Shown: piece by piece, positions 1 to 5,960 of the stretch | How positions within the stretch are numbered: the first letter of the stretch is position 1 | How the letters are laid out: every line of letters starts with the position of its first letter | Origin: a virus | Taxonomy: Duplodnaviria; Heunggongvirae; Uroviricota; Caudoviricetes | IMG/VR virus record: IMGVR_UViG_2703718791_000019 | DNA: 6,309 nt | Direction: 5' to 3' (one strand) | The notes under the pieces: model-generated | Seen by the model: the letters and a program-made list of their open reading frames with translations, nothing else | Database searches by the model: none | What the model was told of the DNA's origin: nothing | Program-made: the position numbers and the translations under genes

Positions 1-230
1 GGTGCTTTCAGAATATTGTCCAGGTCACGGCGGCGCTTATCCGGTGGCTCTGCAATAATTTTTATTGCCAGCCGTCCGGACAGGCTTAATTTCAGTCGCT
101 GCTGGCGAACAATAAGCGCCACTGCCCGGCGATAACGCTCCCCGGCTTTTGATACAAAATATGTGCTGCCACGGCGTCGCCAGTAAGTGTTCACCGTCGG
201 CGGGTAAGGTAAAACCAAATCTATGAGCAT
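1..230 (-). CDS. rusA: Holliday junction resolvase RusA, 5' portion (76 codons visible; 3' end beyond window start)
   Basis: Own translation of the minus-strand frame that is open to the window edge: ATG at 230-228, preceded by an in-frame TGA at 236-234 and a GAGG Shine-Dalgarno 6 nt upstream. Product MLIDLVLPYPPTVNTYWRRRGSTYFVSKAGERYRRAVALIV...EPPDKRRRDLDNILKA matches the remembered E. coli RusA N-terminus (LPWPPSNNRYY..., DRRRRDLDN motif). Missing from the ORF track because it has no stop inside the window. Confidence 0.8.
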   Translation of the reverse strand, partial: MLIDLVLPYPPTVNTYWRRRGSTYFVSKAGERYRRAVALIVRQQRLKLSLSGRLAIKIIAEPPDKRRRDLDNILKA

Positions 231-242
231 CAGTCACCTCTT

Positions 243-1292
243 TTACCCAAGCACGCCAGTTGCAAAGGCGTGATCAAGAAAACGAAAAATTAAATCAACC
301 TGAGAACCATGCTTTTCTTCGAACGCCAGCGGATCCGCATGAAGCTCGTTGTGATGCTCCCGACACAGCGGTAGCGTGAAAATATCGTGGGATTTTGTTC
401 CCATTCCGCCCTGACCATGACCAATCAGATGATGAGGATCGTCCGCTGGCTTACCACAACACGCACACGGCTGTGTCTTTACCCAGCGTGTGTATTTCTC
501 ATTTACCCAGCGGCGACGTTTAGGTCGTTTCATGAAGGATTCCGGAGACTCCGGATCAACGGCAATGCTGACCACCGTCTTTTCCTGTGGTGGGTTCTGT
601 TGCTGGTGGGTGTGAGGCGGTAGCGCAATATTTTTTGTGCGCTGCTTCAGTATGCTGGTGGCGGTCTGTTCTCCCGGTATGATGTCGCTTTCACGGTATA
701 CGGAGCGGATTTTTTCCGCCGGTAATCCCAGAGAACGACGCGCTACTGCCTCAGGTAGTGCATCCACCACCTGATTGCAGGCCGCCCACCAGGATAATTC
801 GGCCAGCGATAACTCCCTCTCCTGCGTGCCGCTTATTGCGTGACGGATGACGTCAATCATCCAGGCAACCAGATTCTGCTGAGCAAGTTGATCGAGTGAT
901 TCTGATGTCTGGTCGCGCAGCTGGTTGTCACAGTGCCAGCACAACACCATCGCGCCGGTACCGTAACGGTGAATGACTGTTTCGCTGTGATGATAATCGC
1001 CGTGTGGCCACTGGCAGGATTTAATATGGCGCAACAGCCAGTCAGACAATGCACCAGCACCACCAGCAGCACGAATCACCCGTGCGTTACTGAAAAACGG
1101 CAGCAATGTTTTGTCTTCCACTAGCGGCTGGCGAACGGCAGGAACAACCCCGGACGGCAGATTACGCATGCTTTTCGGTTCCGGCTCCACCAGTACCCGG
1201 GTATTGTGGAATACCGGCATGGATTCACGGCCCGGCTTAACGATCACCAGCCCGAGTTCCGGTACCAGAACAGGTCGAAGTAATACCCGCAC
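243..1292 (-). CDS. Cys/His-rich prophage protein with HNH-like C-terminal motif; resembles DUF968/YdfU-type proteins (family name from memory)
   Basis: 349-aa ORF. Start codon is GTG at 1292-1290 with a GGAGG Shine-Dalgarno 5 nt upstream, 1 nt after the TAA of the preceding ORF. Two Cys/His clusters: SCQWPHGDYHH...LCWHCDN and CACCGKPADDPHH...LCREHHNELH. Stop TAA at 243-245, 12 nt before the rusA ATG. Confidence 0.8.
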   Translation of the reverse strand: MRVLLRPVLVPELGLVIVKPGRESMPVFHNTRVLVEPEPKSMRNLPSGVVPAVRQPLVEDKTLLPFFSNARVIRAAGGAGALSDWLLRHIKSCQWPHGDYHHSETVIHRYGTGAMVLCWHCDNQLRDQTSESLDQLAQQNLVAWMIDVIRHAISGTQERELSLAELSWWAACNQVVDALPEAVARRSLGLPAEKIRSVYRESDIIPGEQTATSILKQRTKNIALPPHTHQQQNPPQEKTVVSIAVDPESPESFMKRPKRRRWVNEKYTRWVKTQPCACCGKPADDPHHLIGHGQGGMGTKSHDIFTLPLCREHHNELHADPLAFEEKHGSQVDLIFRFLDHAFATGVLG

Positions 1293-1293
1293 G

Positions 1294-1566
1294 TTACCTC
1301 CAGATGCGTTGCTGGAATGTGCGGGACGGACGCGGCGGGCGTTCGGAATAAAGGAGCCTGACGTAGATTATCCAGTGACGGTAGTCGAGGCTAAGGGCTT
1401 TCTTAAACTCATACCCACGTCTGCGGTAGTTATGAATCAGCCATTCGGCCTGTTCTTCAGTGCAGGGATCGTGCTGATACCAGTCATATTTGAATGTGTG
1501 AGAACACCGCCCTTGCCTGCTGGCAGGGGCGATATCAGAATTGTGATGTTTGGTATTGTGCGCCAT
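1294..1566 (-). CDS. hypothetical 90-aa protein
   Basis: ATG at 1566-1564 is the first ATG in the frame; stop TAA at 1294-1296 is 1 nt from the GTG start of the next gene, so the two look coupled. No clear Shine-Dalgarno. The ORF-track extension to 1647 starts at a TTG inside the terminator U-tract and is rejected. No recognisable family. Confidence 0.45.
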   Translation of the reverse strand: MAHNTKHHNSDIAPASRQGRCSHTFKYDWYQHDPCTEEQAEWLIHNYRRRGYEFKKALSLDYRHWIIYVRLLYSERPPRPSRTFQQRIWR

Positions 1567-1635
1567 CGGTTGTCTCTGCTGGCGCAGCAGGTGCCAGTTG
1601 TTCAGGCTGGCGTGTGGATTGTAAACCAGAATGCC

Positions 1636-1664
1636 AGGAAAAAACAAAACCCGCGAAGCGGGTT
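1636..1664 (-). terminator. Rho-independent terminator downstream of the restriction endonuclease gene
   Basis: Plus strand 1648-1664 is aacccgc-gaa-gcgggtt, a perfect 7-bp stem with 3-nt loop. On the minus strand it is followed by TTTTGTTTTTTCC (plus 1635-1647). It sits 73 nt after the endonuclease stop. Confidence 0.6.
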
Positions 1665-1736
1665 AGTAAAAATGTACTGAAGTCAATGACGTGCCATCAC
1701 AGTTAAAATATGACAGACTCTATTTACGTAGAGATG

Positions 1737-2615
1737 TCAGACTGCAAGATCCAAGGGAAGATCAGAAATATCCTTTAATCTTTTACCATTAACCATCACG
1801 GAAAGCATGTCAGCTGCATCGCTGAGCCCCAGTATTTCAACTGCTGATATAAGTTCATAAAGCGCAAAATGATACACGCAATCTATATCACCAGTACCAA
1901 GAGCAATAGACGCCAGACGACTTGGAGTAGGCTCAGCAGTAACAACCATTACATGAGGGAGATTTCCCTTACGGTTGCGAATAAGATTTAATGCCTCAGA
2001 ACGAGCATTCTGGGCCCGGTCGCTTCTTATTGTCCATTTGCAGGAAATACTTGCGTGTAATATTGGTTTCCCACCATTCGAACTCCTGAGAGCTGACATG
2101 CGGGTAACAGAATCATCCACCAGTAATTCAGGACTGTTGATAACTTGATCACATTCAGGTTCTCTTTCAACAATAATATCTGGTGAAATCGTATAATCAC
2201 TCCCCAGTGCAGCAGCTAGCTGAGGATTACTTTTTGCAGCACTATCCAATGCTATAAGATGGGCATATTGTTCATATTTAGCTATCTCTAATCTGTTTCT
2301 ACCAGAAACCTGATGTACATTCCATTTTCCAGGGCGTAAGTGGCTGAGTTTAAAAAAGGTTTTTTCTATAAACTCTGCGCAGATACTCTCAAACTGATTA
2401 CCAGATGTTTGCCCTGCAACACGTTCACCAATCGTTTCAGCCTGCAAGAAGCGAGCAATTTCTCTTGCTATAGCTTTACTGTTTTTGTTACTGCTATCTG
2501 CGTTACTAACAACTCCGGCAGTATTAATTGTGAGCGTATTCAGTAACAATTGGGCATGAAACTCCTTTCTGGCTTCAGCAAAACCAACTATGCTGTCAAC
2601 CAAATCTCCATTCAT
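1737..2615 (-). CDS. Type II restriction endonuclease, PD-(D/E)xK fold, NgoMIV/Cfr10I-like (predicted GCCGGC or RCCGGY specificity)
   Basis: 292-aa product from ATG 2615-2613, with AAGGA about 9 nt upstream and 14 nt after the methyltransferase stop. Candidate catalytic residues are SPD(146), SCK(193) and E(207): spacing D-47-K-14-E, the same spacing I recall for NgoMIV D140/K187/E201. C-terminus MVNGKRLKDISDLPLDLAV. The ORF-track N-terminal extension (2616-2750) overlaps the methyltransferase in another frame and is rejected. Confidence 0.75.
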   Translation of the reverse strand: MNGDLVDSIVGFAEARKEFHAQLLLNTLTINTAGVVSNADSSNKNSKAIAREIARFLQAETIGERVAGQTSGNQFESICAEFIEKTFFKLSHLRPGKWNVHQVSGRNRLEIAKYEQYAHLIALDSAAKSNPQLAAALGSDYTISPDIIVEREPECDQVINSPELLVDDSVTRMSALRSSNGGKPILHASISCKWTIRSDRAQNARSEALNLIRNRKGNLPHVMVVTAEPTPSRLASIALGTGDIDCVYHFALYELISAVEILGLSDAADMLSVMVNGKRLKDISDLPLDLAV

Positions 2616-2628
2616 TTCTGGATTTCCT

Positions 2629-3753
2629 TCAGGCTGCTTGACTATTCTTACTGATGTTATTCTTATACCGTCCCTGCAAAACTCCATACACATATTGTGC
2701 GATTTTTGCCGCAAATAGCGGTGGAACAGCATTCCCGATCTGCTTTGCAATCTCAGTTTTTGAACCGGTAAAAATGAAATTATCAGGAAAAGACATTAAT
2801 CTCGCTGCCTCACGATGAGTTATTGGCCGATCCTCTTCCGGATGTAAATATCGCCCTTTCTCCGGTTTGAAAAACTCAGTACGAATCGTTACTGAAGGTC
2901 TGTCCCACCACAGACGTCCAAACAAATCGGTCCCTCCAGATTTCTTTTTTAGCCAGCACGCCGGGGTTATATCAGGTCTTTTTTTCTGTAAATCGAAACG
3001 GTTACCTCCTGGTGGAACCGCTTTATATCGCTCCAGAGAAACAGGTGTGGGATTACGCCCAAAATGTAAGTTCAGCGGAGGAAGTTCATTACGAATATCA
3101 GTTCCAACAGGAGCAGGTAAGTCACCAATTGCATCACGCGTACAGACCCATTCAGGCAAAGCGACATCCTTATCAGGGGAACGATGCGTTGGTGCTGGCG
3201 GGAACGCCGGAATACTATGCACATCGAAGAGTTCTCGTTTGATACCGATTGCTATCGTTCGTTTTCTTGTCTGAGGTACTCCATAGTCAGCAGTATTCAA
3301 CACCATTGGATTAAGCAGAATAAAGCCCATGGATTTCGCTCTAAACGTAATGTCCGCAAACTCATCGCTTATCAGCAATCCGGGGACATTTTCCATGACG
3401 AACATACAAGCCCTTGAACGCTCAATGACATCCATATAAGGCTCCCACAATGCTCTTCGGTGATCACCATAACGATTCTTATTCAATAAACTGAATCCCT
3501 GACACGGGGGGCCACCTATGACCACATCAGCCTCAGGAACAGTATTGCTGGATGCCCACTCCTCAATATTTGCCTGAACTCCATGCAAACCAAAATTGGC
3601 ATTGTAGGTATTTATAGCTGCAGCATTATTATCAATAGCAAGGATACTTTCAAAGTAGTCAGACATCTCTCCATGAAGAAAACCATAAGATAATCCACCT
3701 GCCCCACAAAAGAGGTCTATCACTCTGAATTTATTTAATTCTTTCATCCGCAT
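2629..3753 (-). CDS. DNA (cytosine-5)-methyltransferase, cognate methylase of the adjacent endonuclease
   Basis: 374 aa with canonical m5C-MTase motifs in order: I FCGAGG, IV GGPPCQGFS, VI FVMENVPGL, VIII QTRKR, X QIGNAVPP. ATG at 3753 with GAGG 8 nt upstream. Stop TGA at 2629-2631. Confidence 0.93.
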   Translation of the reverse strand: MRMKELNKFRVIDLFCGAGGLSYGFLHGEMSDYFESILAIDNNAAAINTYNANFGLHGVQANIEEWASSNTVPEADVVIGGPPCQGFSLLNKNRYGDHRRALWEPYMDVIERSRACMFVMENVPGLLISDEFADITFRAKSMGFILLNPMVLNTADYGVPQTRKRTIAIGIKRELFDVHSIPAFPPAPTHRSPDKDVALPEWVCTRDAIGDLPAPVGTDIRNELPPLNLHFGRNPTPVSLERYKAVPPGGNRFDLQKKRPDITPACWLKKKSGGTDLFGRLWWDRPSVTIRTEFFKPEKGRYLHPEEDRPITHREAARLMSFPDNFIFTGSKTEIAKQIGNAVPPLFAAKIAQYVYGVLQGRYKNNISKNSQAA

Positions 3754-3836
3754 CCATATGCCTCAGATTAATGTTGAGCGTCTTACAGGACGCGTAATGT
3801 TAACTGGGGCTTTCTCTATCTGCCTTTTGGTGTTCA

Positions 3837-3861
3837 TGCCTGAGGCAGACAGCCTCAGGCA
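3837..3861 (-). promoter_or_regulatory. Perfect 10-bp inverted repeat (stem-loop) in the leader upstream of the methyltransferase
   Basis: 3837-3846 tgcctgaggc and 3852-3861 gcctcaggca are exact reverse complements, with a 5-nt loop agaca. No flanking U-tract on either strand, so it is not a canonical intrinsic terminator. It lies between the QueH-like stop (3932) and the methyltransferase start (3753). Confidence 0.45.
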
Positions 3862-3870
3862 CCCGCAGCA

Positions 3871-3899
3871 ATTCTACTTAACTCACGTCACCTCGCCAA
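3871..3899 (-). promoter_or_regulatory. Candidate sigma70 promoter for the R-M operon
   Basis: Minus strand reads TTGGCG (3899-3894), 17-nt spacer, TAGAAT (3876-3871). The predicted transcript start would place the inverted repeat at roughly +5 to +30 of the leader. By-eye match only. Confidence 0.3.
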
Positions 3900-3931
3900 T
3901 ATGAAATCAATCAGAAAGGTGATCCATAAAA

Positions 3932-4618
3932 TCACTCCTTCTCTTCTTTTCCGTAGTGGAGTTGGCCAATTTTGATAAGAGGGCGTCCCTGAGATTTGCG
4001 GTGTAGATTGGTATCGCGCAGAGAATACACACAGCCACAATATTCCTGCTGATAGAATTTTTCGCGCTTGCTGATTTCAATCATACGGGACGAGCCGCCC
4101 TGCTTGCGCCAGTTATAATCCCAGTACACCATACCCGGATAATGCGCAACAGCTCGCCGCCCACACTCGTTAACCTGCTGCATATTTTTCCAGCGTGAAA
4201 TGCCCAGTGAACTGCTGATCACACTGAAACCATTTTCAGCAGCGTACAACGCTGTCCGCTCAAAACGCATGTCAAAACACATGGTACAACGGATCCCCCT
4301 CTCAGGCTCCCATTCCATTCCTTTGGCACGTTCAAACCAGTTGTCGGTGTCGTAATCAGCATCGATAAACGGCACGCCGTGTTGTTCAGCAAAGCGAATA
4401 TTTTCATCCTTACGAATTAAATACTCTTTCTGAGGATGAATGTTCGGGTTGTAGAAAAAGATGGTGTAGTCGATTCCCGAGGCCTGAAGCGCCTCCATCA
4501 CTTCACCGGAACATGGAGCACAGCAAGAGTGCAGTAGTAGTTTGTTTGCCCCGTTTGGGAGCTCCAATTTAGGCCGTTTGAAATCAGCAATAGTCATAAA
4601 TATTTTTATTGGGGTCAT
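3932..4618 (-). CDS. queH: QueH-like protein (DUF208 family; putative cobalamin-independent epoxyqueuosine reductase)
   Basis: 228 aa carrying the DUF208/QueH hallmark [11 protein letters not shown] near the N-terminus, then [19 protein letters not shown] and [14 protein letters not shown] cysteine motifs. ATG at 4618; the alternative ATG at 4597 cannot be excluded. No strong Shine-Dalgarno. Stop TGA at 3932-3934. Confidence 0.75.
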   Translation of the reverse strand: MTPIKIFMTIADFKRPKLELPNGANKLLLHSCCAPCSGEVMEALQASGIDYTIFFYNPNIHPQKEYLIRKDENIRFAEQHGVPFIDADYDTDNWFERAKGMEWEPERGIRCTMCFDMRFERTALYAAENGFSVISSSLGISRWKNMQQVNECGRRAVAHYPGMVYWDYNWRKQGGSSRMIEISKREKFYQQEYCGCVYSLRDTNLHRKSQGRPLIKIGQLHYGKEEKE

Positions 4619-4771
4619 GAAAATAGCACAGAGTGTAGCATCAGAGCAGGGCTATCGGGAATATATGTCTAAATCTGGTAATATCTGGTTTTGACGCAAA
4701 GCGGACAACCACGCTGGCTCTACCCTGCGCCATGAAAATGTCAATTCACATCTGAACTAATGCTCTTTAAT

Positions 4772-5197
4772 CTAGTAACGTCTAAAATATCTAACATTTC
4801 CTTGATAAAATGCCAGTACACGCTGCATAGCTTCGCTCTTCCGGCACTCGCGACAGATTATGTTCATACGCCTGTCGTAGCGGCGTATTTCTCCGTCGGG
4901 TAATGTCCAGATAAGGCCCGGATCAACCACTGCAGGTTTCTTCACCTTTGCCCTTGAGAGTTTTTTGCGAGCATTTTGCCAGTCCTTACGCGCCTGTTCA
5001 GACGGGAATAACCCGTAACCAGAGTTGTATACATCGCCACTGGCAACCAGCTCTCTGGCAAGAACGCTCATCAGATATCTTGTCGCACCTGTCTTGGCTT
5101 CCAGTTGCCGTAACGTCTCGCGCCCACTCCGGCGTACTAGCTCAACAACCTGCCCTTTAATTTTTTCCCGCTCTTCTTGTGTAAATACTTTTGCCAT
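4772..5197 (-). CDS. hypothetical basic protein, 141 aa, possible winged-helix DNA-binding N-terminal region
   Basis: ATG at 5197-5195 with AAGG 6-7 nt upstream, 15 nt after the TGA of the upstream gene. The TTG at 5212 used by the ORF track is less likely. Lys/Arg-rich; contains LRQLEAKTGATRYLMSVLARELVASG, read by eye as HTH-like. Stop TAG at 4772-4774. No family recognised. Confidence 0.65.
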   Translation of the reverse strand: MAKVFTQEEREKIKGQVVELVRRSGRETLRQLEAKTGATRYLMSVLARELVASGDVYNSGYGLFPSEQARKDWQNARKKLSRAKVKKPAVVDPGLIWTLPDGEIRRYDRRMNIICRECRKSEAMQRVLAFYQGNVRYFRRY

Positions 5198-5212
5198 AAG
5201 CGCCTTCGGCAA

Positions 5213-5960
5213 TCACTTTTCCGATACAACACGGCGGGAAGAATCAGTAATCTGTCGAACAATATCCCGGTGCTTGTTCAGCTCCCGCAGCGCGGCGCAG
5301 ATTCGCTCCCACTTCTGAACATCACTTTTCGCCCTGCGCAGCGCCAGGTTTGCCCTGCGCAGGGACGGAAAAATCAGCTCATCTGCTTGCGTTTCGGTAA
5401 ACGATAGCAACGGCTGCACAATGTCCGCCACAGTTTCTGTTTTAATTTCTTCCTGTGTTGCGGCTTCCCGGACTGGTAACGCAGCACCTGCTGGCTGAGG
5501 AAAGGCCTTACCATCATTTTCCGTTACCAGCGCGGCTTTCGGCTCTGCTGGTAAATTATCGCCCGGCATGCAGTAACGAAATTTACCGTTCTGATTAACG
5601 CGTGCCAGGCGCCCCGTTGCTGTTACGACCGCCAACGTGGAAGCAACCTTGCGAATGCTAACACCGAACTTATCCGCCAGTTCCTCACACGTTTTAGCCC
5701 CATCCTGACCGATAAACTCAATCATCATGTCTGCGGTAACTTTTTGTTCGACCTCCCCGGTCAGCATATCCTGTGCTTCAGATTTTACTGGCCGCTCTTC
5801 GGTTACCCGGGATTCACCTTCGCCAGCCAGAAACCAGGTGTGACCAGTTTTATCAACGACGCCATTTCTTTTGAGTTCCCACAGCTCGTTGACAGCATCT
5901 TCGCGGCTGATTCCAAGGCGCGATGCCACTACCTGTGAAGAGGCTTTTTTCAGTGCTTTC
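5213..5960 (-). pseudogene. Gene for a winged-helix-like protein, 5'-truncated by IS insertion; the open frame continues into the IS to 6037
   Basis: The 274-aa ORF 5213-6037 crosses the IS terminus at 5961. Its first 25 codons (MLPSEIMIWQPEFTDKILSRKPGAV) are encoded inside the IS right end, so the native N-terminus is missing from the window. The native part has two HTH-like stretches: VASRLGISREDAVNELWELKRNGVV and CEELADKFGVSIRKVASTLAVVTATGRLARV. Confidence 0.55.

Noticed and set aside
387-1124. ORFs 387-623(+), 857-1072(-) and 933-1124(+) inside the 349-aa gene
   Set aside because: Fully contained within a longer, motif-bearing minus-strand CDS; antisense or alternative-frame shadow ORFs with low-complexity products.
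1567-1647. N-terminal extension of the small ORF to 1647
   Set aside because: It would start at a TTG inside the terminator U-tract; the first ATG is at 1566.
1111-1706. Plus-strand ORFs 1111-1680 (189 aa) and 1494-1706
   Set aside because: Antisense to two coupled minus-strand genes and to the terminator; Ser/Thr/Arg/Gly-rich low-complexity translation typical of a shadow frame.
2616-2750. N-terminal extension of the endonuclease ORF (337-aa version) overlapping the methyltransferase 3' end
   Set aside because: The ATG at 2615 has an AAGGA Shine-Dalgarno, lies just after the methyltransferase stop and gives a protein whose catalytic-residue positions match the NgoMIV family; the extension has no support.
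2340-3417. Plus-strand ORFs 2340-2546, 2867-3274, 3012-3242 and 3184-3417
   Set aside because: Antisense to the endonuclease and methyltransferase genes, which carry unambiguous family motifs.
3837-3861. Inverted repeat interpreted as an intrinsic terminator for the QueH-like gene
   Set aside because: No U-rich tract follows the stem on either strand; kept as a regulatory or structural element of unknown function.
4219-4407. Minus-strand ORF 4219-4407 inside the QueH-like gene
   Set aside because: Alternative frame within a motif-bearing CDS.
4948-5938. Plus-strand ORFs 4948-5160, 5025-5318, 5177-5407 and 5744-5938
   Set aside because: Antisense shadows of the two co-oriented minus-strand genes; no ribosome-binding sites noted.
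5957-5960. Target-site duplication of the IS (adjacent bases tttc)
   Set aside because: The other IS end is outside the window, so a duplication cannot be verified.
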